DNA from: Setoptus koraiensis
Lineage: Eukaryota; Animalia; Arthropoda
NCBI GenBank assembly: GCA_048013815.1
Contig: CM106586.1
Coordinates: forward strand, 3,658,001 to 3,722,000
Length of the DNA stretch: 64,000 nucleotides
Direction: 5' to 3'
The notes beneath the pieces were generated by a model. It was not told the DNA's origin, did no database searches, and saw only the letters and a program-made list of their open reading frames with translations. Made by a program: the position numbers and the translations under genes. Position 1 is the first letter of the stretch. Every line of letters starts with the position of its first letter. Positions 1 through 14,000 of the stretch are shown one piece after another.

Positions 1-723
1 ATTTAATGGGCACATCGATGATGAATGAAGCGGCTCGGAGTGACCGCCGAACGCGTTTACGAGTCGCGCTTGTGTGAGCCGTCGAACTTAAAACGGTCGC
101 CATTGTCGATGATTGCGTTCGCCCGCACTGGAATAACTCGCAACAATTCGAGCAATTCGTCGGGCGAACTCGGCTTCGGATTCTGATTCGACTTCGGATT
201 CGGATTCTGATTCGACTTCGGATTCGAATTCGAATTCGAATTTGAATCGGAATGGCCGTGGCCGTGGCTGTGCAACTGGCGCGGCGGGACGAGCGCGTTC
301 TTTTGTTCCAGTTCGATGGGGGCGGCAACCTGTCGATTGTAGCGAACGCCCGGCGAATGGCCACTGCCAATGAGAGCTGTCGATTCGATGGCATTGCAGT
401 TCATTATTATCACTTATCGCGCGCACACTTTCGCAGCGAATCACACACACACACACACCGAATCAATCATTGCCCATAATGACGTGAACTGGTGAGAATT
501 CTCTCTATCACTTTTATTTCATTTTATCACTTATTATTGCCATCATCGGCCGACCATCGGCGAACCTGAATACCGCTGAATAGCGCATATAAACGCTGCT
601 TACGAATGTTTAAATACTACATGCATAAATATATAGATATATTCGGATATAGGCGCGCAGGTGAGCCGCTCGAGCAGCCGTTTGGGCCATTTAATTAGCG
701 AGCATTGCGATTGTTTAAATGAT

Positions 724-835
724 GTTCAAATGTCTGAACGTTCAAATGTCTGAACGTTCAAATGTCTGAACGTTCAAATGTCTGAACGTCCAAATGTCTG
801 AACGTTCAAATGTTTGAATGTTTAAATGTTTGAAT
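724..835. repeat. Tandem repeat, 16-bp unit gttcaaatgtctgaac, about 7 copies (last ones degenerate)
   Basis: Read directly; unit ends are self-complementary (gttca...tgaac). Confidence 0.9.
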
Positions 836-1067
836 GTGGCGCTGCAAACGGGCCCAAGTGAATGTTGTTGCCGATGCAATTTCGTTTTATTTCATCTTAC
901 TTTTTGCATTGCATTGCCATTATTCAAGCCGGCACCTGTTGCTGGCTGCATCGAACACAGTGTGTAATGGCCGCGTTAATTATCATTAAATTATTATAGA
1001 TCATTCATTATTGGATTGGCCGCTTGGCGACGTCTCGTGAATGAATTGCCCTCGGTGCATTCTTGGC

Positions 1068-1137
1068 GGCGCGGTTCGGCGCGGTTCGGCGCGGTTCGGC
1101 GCGGTTCGGCGCGGTTCGGCGCGGTTCGGCGCGGTTC
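1068..1137. repeat. Tandem repeat (ggcgcggttc)7
   Basis: Perfect 10-bp unit read directly. Confidence 0.95.
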
Positions 1138-3358
1138 GGGCCGCACCGCGCAAATGCGCAATGCTCAGCGACAGCCATAAACAAGCAACAGCTCGTCGGA
1201 GCACAATTAACGCCGGCTCGCAATTATCCTGTTTGCCATTGTTGTAGCTGTCGTTGTTGCTGTTGCCGTCGCTGTCGCTGTCGTTGCAGCGAGCTCGAGC
1301 GGCCCAGAATTCAGGCGAAAAACTTAAATGGTTGTCTCGTTAATAGATAGCGCCAATTATGATAATTATCTGGCGTGTTGCAACTTGCGCGACCGGCCAG
1401 CGAACCAGCGGCCAGACTGCGGCCATGCAAATGGCCGCACAACAAACTCACCGTGCGGCCTATAACATATATGTGAGCCCTATACCGTGCGTCCGATTAA
1501 TTTCCATCTTTGCGACTAATTGCGACGACTCGCAAACGTGTCGCCGGGCAACACCGGCCAACCGGCGAGCCGCCAATTCGCTCCGGCGAGCACCGACTCG
1601 CCGCAGTTCGGATCGCCCAATCGGCGCTCGAATCGAACGCTCAGTCGGCGCTCTTGGCACTCGATTCGAACGCTCGGCTGGCACTCGAATCCAAGCGAAC
1701 GCTCGGCTGGAATTCGACTCGACTTGGCTCAACTCGACTCGGCTCGATTCGATTCGAAGCGCGAGGCGGCGCGTCGCCGGCGTCGGGTTATCAGGTGGCC
1801 CTAATTAGCCGTGCGTCTCGGCGAGCCGATGCCGAGCGGCATAGCGATCCGTCGATAGGGCGATGCAGCGATAAGCGGCGACAAAGGTGACTTATATAAT
1901 GGGCATTGCATAACAAATATATAGTGAAAAATGCGCAAATTGGAGCGGACGAGCGCTGATTAGATCATCAATAATGACGCATCATGTAACAGGGGCTCAT
2001 GTTGCAGCGAGCGAGCGGCAACGCGAACACAATTTAAATTTATGGCTCTATTTGAGTGAAATAATTTGACTCAAATAGTGTAATCGATGGTGGCGCGATT
2101 AACTCGATGCGTCGGCTGCTATTAGCGATAATGACGGCGCCCAAATCCAATAGTGATTTGCATTTCGCCCAATTAGTCGTCGGCAGTATCAAATTGTGTG
2201 CGATTCGTCTCTGATTGTGTGCGCCGTTGTCGCTCTCGGCGACTCCGCATTGGCGCCTCACTCGCGCCACATTGGCTGAAAAGAACCGGCCCGAAAGAAG
2301 CGGCCCGAGAGAAGCGGCCCGAGAGGAGCGGCCCGAGCGGAATCGAGATGCGGATTCTTTGCGGCGATTCGTCGCAACGATAACAATAATTGATTTTCGT
2401 CGTCGGCGACACTTGCGCGCCTGGACGCGCTCGCTGCGGCGCTTAAACGGCGATTTAATAATGCTCGTCTCATCAACGAGCGTTGCATAATAATGATGGA
2501 ACTCGCTTCTCGGAATTGCTCGCTCGCAGCAGCAACAACAACGACAACAGCAACAACAGCAACAACAACAGCAACAACAGCGACAACAACAATGCCCATT
2601 ATCGTGTGTAAATTAATATGCGCGCCATGATTCATTATGCAATGCGCTAGCTCGGCCGTATTATTGTTATTCTATATTGGCTATTGAGCGTGTATTGCGC
2701 AATACATACTTGCTCAATAACGCTGGCGCAAATTCTTTTTTTTTTTTTCGTTTATCGAGAATAGCGTAAACGTATTGCGCAACATGCAAAGCGTGGGAAC
2801 GTCATGCTGATGACGTCACTGTTCTTGTTGCCTATATCTCGGGCTTGTTGAACATATATAAACAAGATATATAAACAAGATATATAAACAATATGTATTA
2901 ACAATATATATTAACAAGCCTGCATAGGAACGTATAACGAGGATGGCGAGCCAACAAAAGAATTCTCGCTGTGCGCTGTGTGCAGAAAAATACGCCAAGA
3001 ATTTGTCTTGTCGTTGCGACAGGTTCGCAACATCATATTGCGTAACACACTGACTTGTGAGAGATATGTTTGCGCTGGCCAGGCAATTATCGGCCATCAA
3101 CTCATTAGCCGTCGCTGTTATATATTTACGTTATGTATATGTTGTGCATATACGTTGCCATACGAGACGCTCCGGCAATTAACATTCTAGAGCTGAATTC
3201 CGGCGCTGTCGTGACGTTGGGGCGCAGCCCAAGTGCAGCGCCCCAACGTCCGAATGCGTCAGTTGCAACGGCTCGAATGTGGCCCATGTTGCATTTACAT
3301 GTTACTTGTGTTTGGGACTTGCGCCGGCGAGCTTGCCAGTTGGGACCTTTGTTATTGT

Positions 3359-3479
3359 TTGGCGATGTTTTGGCGATATTTCAGCGATATTTCAGCGATA
3401 TTTTGGCGGTATTTTGGCGGTATTTTGGCGATATTTTGGCGATGTTTTGGCGATATTTTGGCGATGTTTTGGCGATCCT
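3359..3479. repeat. Tandem repeat, 11-bp unit ttggcgatatt, about 11 copies
   Basis: Read directly; variants tcagcg, cggt, atgtt. Confidence 0.9.
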
Positions 3480-5011
3480 TTGGCGAAGCGGCACCGGCGA
3501 TCTGGGCACAGCCAGCGGTTGAGGCCATGTGATGCGGCCCTGATACTGTCCTGGCGACGGTGCTATATTGCGTATATCGCTCGCTGCACATATTGCCTGC
3601 ATCATGTAGGCTACCGCATGTGCATTGCGGCCGGGCATGTTGCGTAACGCATCGCACATTGTACATATTGCATCGCCGACTAATTGAGCGTGCATTTGCG
3701 TATGCAAATGTTGTCGTTGTCGGCGTCGTTGTCGCTGTTGTTGTCGCTGTCGCTGTTGTAGTCGGCGTCGTTGTCGGTGTCGTTGTCGCGGCTCGGCGTG
3801 GGCGAGTTTAAGTTTAATGAACTCGGCGCCACTTTGTTGTCGCTTGTTGTCTGGGCGCCAGTGACTGGCTGCGCTTGTCGCGCTGTGTGTCGCATGCCCT
3901 GTCGTCGTCGCCCAAAATCATAACAGTCGCTGCAAAACGGGCCCCACGAAACATAGCGACAAATGGCGTTCGCGCGCGCGCGCGCGCCACTCATTACATA
4001 ATAATAATACTTGTCCGTCTGACGAGCCACCGCCAGCCCGACAGAAGTGTCACAATTCTTGTTGTTTGCTGCTCGTCGTCGTTGTTGTTGCCGCTTGTCG
4101 CTGTTGTCGCTGTTGCCCAATTGCGACTATCTCTTAATCTTAATTAATCTTTGCTGGCTTTCGCTGCTGCGATGGAGTAAACACAACGCGCATCGCAGCA
4201 GCCATTATGTAACATGTTATGTAACTGCTGGCACAAACACAAATTACAGCCACTGTTGTTGTGTGTGTGTGTGTGAGCCCAAAGCAGCGACATGACACAA
4301 CAACACAAACAATGGCCGGCCCAGTCACAGTCGAGCGAGCGTTAATCAACTGATTGCTAATTGAAACCCCCGTTGTAACGATTCGTCGCTTGTGACAACA
4401 GTAATCGAAATGAGTGTTGCGTAACGACAAACCATGTTTAATGTCTTAATCGACGTCGCACACACACACACGCACGCACACACTGATAATCAGTGACTGA
4501 TTCCGGCAGCGGCAGTGTCAAGGTTTGTCGCCCATTGTCCGCTTCTTTTTCCGCTCCTTGTCCCGTTCCTTGGGCGCTGCCAGCGCCCCATTCAGCGTGC
4601 GCGCAATCGCCCTTGGCCCGGCGCGCCGACCCGCCGACCCGCCGACGGGTCGCCGCACCGCGCCGAGCCGCATTCCTCGATCGCGTGATCCCGCACCCGA
4701 CATCCGGTTTCAGCGGGCTCGCATGCGAGCAAACGCAAATGCCACCTGAGCATCTGAGCGTCGTCTCGACTCGTCGCGGTTTGTCGCCGTGACAACTTCG
4801 CTCGCTCACGTTATTCAAATTGGCGCAATCCTAACTCATTCAAATTACCCAACAACCAAATGCTAATGACTTTATCTGCAATTCTCAATTTACCTCTCAA
4901 TTCCCCCTATTTATCCCAATTTATCCCAATTTGTCCCGATTCATCCCGACTTATCCCCATTTACCCCAATTTATCCCGATTTATCAATTAAAAACGCGAA
5001 AACGTGACACG

Positions 5012-8000
5012 ATGAGCGCAGATTACGCCAGACAACAACCAAAAGTGATACACCAAAACAGCGACGCCAATAGTGACCAACAAACCCCAACTAGCACCCA
5101 AAAGGTTCCGCCATTTCACAGGCCGCCTCTGCCCTTCCCCCCAAAAGTGCCCAGACCGCCCCACCCCAACCGGCCGGCCGGTGGTGCGCGGGACCGGCCA
5201 TCTGGCGCCGTGTCCAGCCCGAGTCAGCCGGCATTCATCCAAACTAGTCCAATGGGCAGCAACCCGTGGGCCGCAACAACCGGCCCGACTGCAACCGGCG
5301 ACATGGCGGGCTCGCCGCCATCGCTTTCCACCGCCTCATCTACCGCCATAAACACACTACCAGATGTACAGCCCGATCTCTCCGGCTCGGATCCGATGCT
5401 CCAGCAACCCCCGCCGGCCTACAGTACCTCAATGCAATACCCTCACGGCGCGGAGCCCTCCTACACGGTGCCAACGATTCCTACAACGCAACAGTCGGCC
5501 GCAAGCGGCCCGTCATGTCCCGAGCTGGTCATTCATCAGATGCGCTGGCCGGCCACTTTAGCGGGCGAAACGCGCTACATCCAGTGTCCCGTGTACGCCT
5601 ACTACGATCACACTTCACGAGCCTCGTTCGAGTGCGTGTCCGTCGGCGGGGGCGGCAGCGGCGCGGCGCATTGGGCGCCCGCGGGACCCAACATGAGCAA
5701 GTGCGTGTCAAACTGGGTGCGAAACATTTATTTGCGCCTACAAGACGGCGAATCGTTGCCCGCCATCGCGGCCGAGCTTGCCCAGCGGACACACCCATCG
5801 GCGGCGGGCCCGGCCGCGCAGCACGGCGGTCATCAGCTGATGACGGGGGCGCCGCAAAGGCAGCAGCAGCAGCAGTTGCTGTTCGGCGAGGATCTCATGC
5901 AATTGGGAATGATTGTGCAGCAATTGGTGCAGCGGATGGACAATCAACTGAACAGCATCAGCGACGACAAACAGCGCCTAGTGTTCGTGCGCGAACTCGT
6001 CCAGGTAAGTGGCACCACGAGCGTGACAAAACAAACAATTTCTCGCTGTTAGGAGCGTTACGTAATCCAGTTGCGCCAATTCCGTGCCACTGGCCAGTAC
6101 GTGCAATGTCTTACGTAATCGCTCGGAATTGGCGCTGGCGCAGTGATTCGCGCCAGACGGTCCGAACAGTGGCGTCCGAATGCCGGACATTGGCCGTGTG
6201 CGTGGCCGTCGGAAGCGGCCGAGTGAGTCATAGAGGCCCATAATAGATTACATGTGTCACGAGCGGACATTACGACGCTCGTTGCGGCCGCAATTATTGG
6301 ACTAAAAAACGCAAAGGCAAAAATGGCACGAGATTTGGTTGCGGGCTGCGAGCCGCGAGTTGCGAGCCGCGAGTTGCGAGTTTTGAGCGCCGAACGAAGC
6401 CGAAACAATTATGAATGCGACCGCTCATGTGGAAGTTGTTTATGGACACGACAAAGGGATATTCGCGCCAGACATTTATTTGCCTTCGTTCGGCGGGGGC
6501 CCGCGAGGCCCGCTGGCCGGCGCGCAAACAAGCGAGGCCCGCTGACCGGCACAGCGCACAATGTTTGCCGACCAAGCGACGCTCGTCGGAGCTTTTGTGC
6601 AAAATTGAACCCTCGTGTGCCGACACGAGCGTTCAATTTTGCGAACAGCGGCTCATCATTTGCGCACGGTGCCCATTAGAATATTGCAACTGGACAATAT
6701 GCTGCGGCTGGCGGCGCCAATGTCGCGTTGACACTAATTAATATTGAGCCCTCTATCGACGGCCCCATAATGGCCCACGTTTATTTATGTGTAAGCTCAC
6801 TAAACGTCGGTGTGTGTTTACGGCGCACATTGGGTCGCAATTGGCGACCAAATATTATGTAATGTGCACGTGGAGCGGCCCTTCGTCGGCCAGGATTGAG
6901 TGCGTTCGAAGTTCGGAGTTCGAAGTTCGGAGTTCGAAGTTCGGAGTTCGAAGTTCGGAGTTAGAAGTTCGGAGTTCGATGTTCGAAGTTCGGGGGGCGC
7001 AAAATTGCATTCGAAAGCGACCCCACTGACCTTAATATACTCGCACTTATGCCAAACGCATTTTATACCGTTATTGCGCTTGTACACCGACGCCGACCGA
7101 TTATGTAAGCGGGCTAATGCATCCCGGTCGCACTGTCAAACGGGGGGACTCGGCGAGCGCTGACGCAACGTTGTGGGCCACGTACAACTTTTACGTGCCG
7201 CTGTGCTGTAACGTGCCGCTGTAACGTGCCGCTGCAACGTGCTGTAACGTGCTGTAACGTGCTGTAACGTGCTGTAACGTGCTGTAACGGGTGCAACGGC
7301 TGCATAGTGAAATTGTAAGAATTGGCTGACGGCCCGAAAGTCTCGAGCCGGCCCGCCATCGCGGCTCGGCCCGGCGGCGCCGCACAGCCTGTGCAAGTTG
7401 TCAGGGCCAGGCTGCAGTTGCACAGTGCAAGGCGCCGCTCAAACTTTGAGGCCCAACGGGTCGATTGAATAATAAGCCAGACAGTGCGCGAGTGGCGATA
7501 TTGCCGCAGCAAATCAATTAGCTGACCGCTCGGCGTGACCGCGTTGGCCCGAGCGGCCCAACAATCAGTGTCGAGGCTCTCGAGCGCGCGTCCAATTGAG
7601 AGTCGAATCGAGACTCTCGCGCGAGAGTCGAACTGAGAGTCGAATTGGGGCCTCGAAACGGTCAGTGCTATGTGTGCTCGAAATGGCTTGCTGTGGCCGA
7701 TCGAGCTGCTGGTGCCCATCGAGCGTCCGCTGCAGACCGGCAGTATGCAACGACCAATTTCCAGCAATTTGGCACCATTCCAGCCAATTGCAATTGCATC
7801 GGGCCGGCAGTTGCGTCGGGCCGGCAGTTGCGTCGGGCCGCCAATTGAACGGCTTGCAAGGAATCAATTTGACAACAATGTGACGCAGTGTGCGTATCGC
7901 TGGCCAAAGTGATTTCGCCAAAGTGATGTTTATATGTTATTTACATTGTATTGCAATGCAGTGCGTGAAATTGAATTGAGCGAGCCGGCAACACTTGGCG

Positions 8001-11000
8001 CGGCTCGCTCAATTCAATTGCAGCCAGTGGGCCCCATCGAATTAAGCAATTCGATGGGGCCCGTGGCTGCAATCATTTCGATCGGTTGTGGCGCCACAAG
8101 ATGACTCATGTGAATCTAAATAGCGCACGCAGTCATCAAGTCACGCTGCAAACGCCAACGCTCACTTGCTGGCCCCGGCGCCAATGGGGGCGCCAATAAA
8201 AATAATCGTAAATGCGCGCAAATTCTGGGGCTGCAAGTGCCGGCCCAGAATAATACTGGCCGCATTAACAGTTGAGTGTGTGCCGTTGGTGGGGCCCCAT
8301 TTGCGCAGCTTGGGCGCAGTCAGTCCGCTGTGACGCGCAGTGCGTGAGTCGGGCCGACCGAGTCGCTGCAATAATCACAATAATAATCGATGATAACCAT
8401 GATTATCATGTACAAAACAAGTTGTTTGTTTTCTACTTTGGGCCCCCACTAACCCGGCCCGGCCAAACGGGCCCAAATGCGCCCATAGTTGGATGTTTGC
8501 GTTCGCGTCGGCGTGACTGCCGTTAGTTAATGACAATCAACACTGACATTTATCTCTCTCTGGCCCCACTTGGGCTCCATTTGGGCCCCATTCGGATCCA
8601 CTTAGCGCCTGCGTCCAGTGCAGCAACAACACCAACACGGCCAATATGGTTCGATTCCGGTTCGGGGCCCCAGTCGCTGGGCCAGCGATGATAAGGCACT
8701 CTGACTCAGAGTCTCTGAGTCGCACAGTCTGAGAGTCTGAGATGGGGCCAGTGAGCAAGCAAGCACACGAGAGAGTTGAGGCACAGAAATCAAATTAGAC
8801 CTGGCTGCATCATCGCCTCCTGTCGGCCGACAGGCGCACAACAAGCGCCAGATAAGTTGTGTAAGCCGTATGAGATAAAATGATGATAAAATAAGAGTGA
8901 TAAAATGATTAAGTGTGGCTCATCCAGCCGTGCCAAGCGCGCATGTTCGAGTTAATGAGGGCGCCCTGAATCAATTAGGCGCCCTCTCTCTCTCTCTCTC
9001 TCTCTCTCTGTGGCTCTTTGGGGTCCCTCTCCACTTGAGCACACATCAAACGCGGACTTATCCGCGAATAATGGCGCGACTCGCCTGCATTGGGCCCCCA
9101 TTGGGCACTATCTAGATAATGCCAGCTCATGTAGTGTTTTCCGGCCGTGTTTTCTGGCTGTGTGTACTGGCTGGCTGGCACCAGAAACACCGCCGGCCAC
9201 TGCTACACTGGTACAGTGGCCAGCATTATCCGCTGTAGCTTGCGGCTAATAATCGGGGCCCCAATGCCAACTGACGGTGATATAACGCGCGTTATAATGC
9301 GCGGTGCATGATGTAGGCTGGCCCACAATGAAGTTGTGCGTTGGCGCTGACAGGGGGCTCGCTATTGCTATTAATCAGCCATATTAATCGGACTGTTAGT
9401 TTAGTTAGTTGGGCCGGTCGGCGGATTGGTGACGGGCGGCCCGGGTTGCGCGGCTCCAATGTTGCCGCACGGGCGGCCCAAATGTTGCCGCTAATGAGCC
9501 TATAACGCACGAGGGCAGCAACACAGGGTCGAACATTGCGCCGACACTCCGCCCGACTATCCGACACTCCGCCCGCCCGAATATCCGACAGTCCGCCCGA
9601 CCGCCCGAATACCCGCCCGACCGCCCGAATACCCGCCCGACCAGCGGGCCAACAGGGGATAAAACAGAGATTAAAATATTAATAAATCATCTAATAATGT
9701 AGCCGGCATTAGCTTTGTTGGGTACAAGTTGGCCCCGCATTATGTAGCGCGCCCCTATGGCGTGAGACATAATTATCGCGCCAGTTGTTTGCTGTCAGCG
9801 GCTCACTCAATCTATTGTTGTGCCACATTAACTATTAGATCACATGTGTGGGCGCCCAAGCAGACAGGCGACACATAAACACTAGTTACGTAACTGACAA
9901 AGTAACTGGCTAGGCGCCCTGTCAGATGCTTATCGCTGCTCACCGTTATAGCGCGTTATAACGCGTTATATCGTTGTATTGCCATATCGCTGTATCGCTG
10001 TGAGAGATATCGTTGCGAGCGCCAGTGCGAAATTATCCAAGCAGAAACAAGCGGACACAATAGGGGCGCCCGAGTGCGGGATAATCCCTGCGCTAATTGA
10101 TCGGCGATCGGCGCCACCATCAGCTGACCCGCACCGATGAATTACGAAGCGGCGCCAGTGGCGCGCTGTCCATCGCCGTCATCTGGCCGTGATCTGGCTC
10201 TGATTTCCGGTCATCACAACTTGTGATCGCAACAGACAGTTGTGCCCGTTGTGCCCAACTGTCTGTTGTGACGGCGCGCAACGCTGCACAGCGGATACAT
10301 CGGCCATATATCCGCTCGGCACCTGTCGGCCCGAGCGAGTGCCGGCCCGAGCGAGTGCCGGTCCGAGCGAGTGTCGGCCCGCGCGAGTGCCCGCGCGCTG
10401 ATAGTGCGATGATTGAGAGCGCACCCAATCGACGGGCGCAACTAATGCACGCTGGCGCCCATCAATCAGCACAGCCAACGGGCCCCAAAGGCGGGCGCCT
10501 CGACACGCCGGCACTAGCAACGCCGGCGCGTATACGGGCCCCCATGTATGTGCTACAATAATGTAATGCTGGCGGAGTGCGCCGAGGCCGCGAAAGGCCA
10601 CAAAACTCAACTCAGCTGACTCTCATCGTCATGCCTCTCGTTTCTGTCTCATCCCATATCCACTGCAATCTCGACTGAAATCTCAACTGCGGATCCCGAC
10701 GACAATCTCAAAAATCCCGACGACAATCTCGAAAATCCCGACGCAAATCTGGAAAATCCCGACCAACAGTCGCTCATCGAGCTCAACAACAATCTGGCCC
10801 ACGAACAGCAAACCGAGGCCTGGCTCGAGCTGTCGGCCCAGCAGCGCCAGCGCCAGCAACTGGCCGGCCAATTGATACAATCCATGGAGAACGCCACTGT
10901 GTTGCTGGCCGTCACCCAAAACGGAATTTACAGCCACCATCAGCAGCAGCAGCAATTGTTTGCCATTAGCCAGTATGCGCACCCCCAGCAGCAGCAGGAC

Positions 11001-14000
11001 TTTTACAAGGTGATGCGAAACGTTTACGTAACCATCAAATCTGTGCCTATTCAATTCGACCAAGGTCAGCGCCAGCACAATGGCACAGACCTCTCGACCC
11101 TCATGATGGGGCCCACGACCTCTGGCGGCCAGGCGGTGCAGCTGCATTTTCCGAGCGACATCCATTTGCTGGGAACCGACTGGATGAATCACGACCAGGA
11201 GTTCACGTTGCAACTGGAGCTTGTCGCCACCAATCATGCCAACAATCAAGGTATGTACTGCGTTTATTTGTGCTTGTATTTATGCTTATATTTATGCTTA
11301 TATTTGTGCGATGTTTATATCCACACATAAACATCGGTTTGCACGCCAATATACGCCCTGGCAATATATTATGTTATATCATATGAGGGCGCTATATGAG
11401 TTGGCGATATTTCGAGCGCGGGCCGGCCGCTCGCAGTGAGTTATGACTGTGTGAGACACACAGTCGCTGCAGTAGGCTGGTTCGGTTGGTTGAGGGTTTG
11501 GGGCGCCCCAATGAGGGCGCCCAATGGGGGCTGTGCACATTGTGAGCAAGAACGCCGGAGCACGAGCGAACGGCATTCTTGGCGCTCTCGGGCACGTGCA
11601 GCGTGTCAGCGTTCTTTTGGGCTCCTTTTCGAGTTCTCTTCGAGTTCTTTTCGAGTTCTTTTCATGGGGCGCCCGTTCTCGAGAGAAGTTCGCTCTGCTC
11701 GAGACGAGCGTTCTTTGTTGTTGGCAGCGCCAGTTCCTTGACAAACCTGCAGCCTGCAGAATAATAATTTCATTGTCGACAGCAACCAGATAAAATCTCT
11801 ATTCTCTCTATTTTCACAGCGTGCGCCTCCCATCCAACAGTGTGTGCGTGCGTGTGTGTCGTATCAAACGGTGTGTGCGTGCGTGTGCGTCGTATTCCAG
11901 CGTGTGTGCGTGCGTGTGTGTCGTATTGCAGCAGTGAGTGCGAGGCCAGATAGAAATCATTTCGAACACTCAGTGAGCGGCTATCAGCGGAACAAGCCTC
12001 TTAACTGGGCTTGCAAACAACTCGCCCCATTATAGATTGTCTCTGGCCCGAGTGCGGGGCCCCTGGCCTCGTGTGCAGTCTCGTGCGCTGTGCACAACAC
12101 TTGCGGGCCTCTCAAGCCGCTCTTCGGTTCACGAATCATGGCAAAAGGGCGGCCAGTTCCAAGAAGCCGAACTAGCCGCCGAAGAAACAGACCGACATAA
12201 TGCAGTCCGGATCTGCAGAGCGATCTTATCTGGGGCCCCAAGTGGCGCACACAAATAGCCGCCAGGCAGCTAGGTGCCGCTAGCGCGGGCCAGCGGCCAA
12301 CATAAGAGTAACATGAGATTAATTTTAATTTCATTGAACTTTTTAATGATTAGATTAGTTTCAGGGGAATGGCGGCCAGCAAAGCGAATGCGCCCCAGTG
12401 GCCGGCCGTCACACTGGCCATACGCGACATACGCGCGCAGCCCATTAAGACCGCTGACCAGTGCTTATGGCGGCCACACTGGCCAAACTGGGCCAGTGCA
12501 CAAATGGGCATGATTACATAATGAAGTTGCGTCCATTTCTAGCGGGCTTGTCGCTGCTTGTTTCGCTTGCCAGTTTATCTGGCGCCACTTGTGCCGGTTG
12601 CTGGCTCTCACAGTTACAGTCTCGCTAGTTACTGCCACTTCTCATGCTGGCACCTCTTTTGGGGCCCGTCGGCCCACTGCTAAATAGCACGCTAACGTCG
12701 CCGAACTACCGCTATGACACGCTAAAAGAGCTTCAAAAAACGCGCTCGCCACTCGCTATGGCGCCCGCTCGAATCTCTCTCTCTCTCGAATAGACGGGCA
12801 CGGACAATTTCAAATTGCGGCGCTGGCCAGAAATGAGCCTCAATTATAACTAGCCGGGCCCGTTTGGGCCCCATTTGGGCCGCTCATTTATCTGGCCCGT
12901 GTCGTCCGTGCCCCATTGGCTGGTGTCTCGATATCTGGCCTATATTCTGTTTTATATCCGCTGTTTATAACTGTTATAACTGCTATTACTGTTATATACA
13001 GCCGCCAGCGGTGCCGGCGCACATTACGCAAGTTGCGTAACTAGACGTGCGGATATTTTGTATTGGCAGCTTTTGTGAATCACAGCCGACAACGGACAAC
13101 AGGCAACAGCGAGACAAACAACAACTCGCTGCAACAACAACAACCCCACCAACAGCGAGCGCCTCATCAGCTGACGGTGCCGAATCGATCAGTTATCAAT
13201 GATCTGTCGTTGTTGTTGTTGTTGTTGTTGTCGTTGCTGTTGTTGTTGCTGTTGTTATCAGTCGTTGGTTGTGATAGTTGGCGAGTTGGGGCCAACAGAG
13301 TGGACGAGAAATCGTGACCCAATCTCTTAGTTTGGCACGGCCTCGGGGCACAAATCAAAGTTTGCCAGCTCGATCCAATCTCTGCCGAGCTGCCCAATCT
13401 GGACAACTAATTCTAATTGTTGTGACGCCACTTTGTTGTTTGCAGCGCCCCGTGGGCGCTTTGTCACGGTGACAGTTCTAACTGTGATCTCATCAGCGCA
13501 CTGTCATCATTTGTCCGGTTGTGGTGTCTGGTTCGTCCGCGTCGCTGCCTAATTGAAATTGTCGCCCCTGCCATCCAATTTGGATTGGGCCGGGCCGGCC
13601 AGCCGGTTCGTCGCACCACAAACCGGCCCGACGGGCCGCATCTAGTCTGCGGGTTCTCGAGGCGTGAATATCCGTCGTCGTGCTGTTACTCATGCTAAAT
13701 AATAATAAATAATACACACTTGTCTGACCAATAACTGATCTGTTATAACTCTAATCTATCTAATATCCATACGTGAATATTTGTAAATAGCGCGCGTAGA
13801 CTCCGGACTGCTGAGGGTGGTGTTCAGCATGTTGCGCAACTTCAACAACTACATGTCGCCAAACATGGGCCGCCAATCGCCCGTCCAACAATCAATTATA
13901 AACTCCAACATAGTGGGCGCGTCGCTTGTGGGCGACACAAACAGCGCGCATCAATTGTTTCAGGTTCACCTGACGGCCCCAATCAGATTGGTGCTGAAAC

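Noticed and set aside
4721-4792. ACEQTQM as the start of the Cirl lectin domain
   Set aside because: Similarity ends after ACE; there is no RANYGR or further Cys pattern, and a stop follows within about 20 codons.
1001-4818. Many overlapping 60-150 aa ORFs (also 6000-10600, 17300-20700, 23700-30000)
   Set aside because: They are translations of tandem repeats or GC-rich intronic/intergenic DNA on both strands, without recognisable domains or consistent splice phases.
6904-6993. GTTCGA motifs as tRNA T-loops or Pol III B-boxes
   Set aside because: Pure 7-mer tandem repeat with no cloverleaf or A-box.
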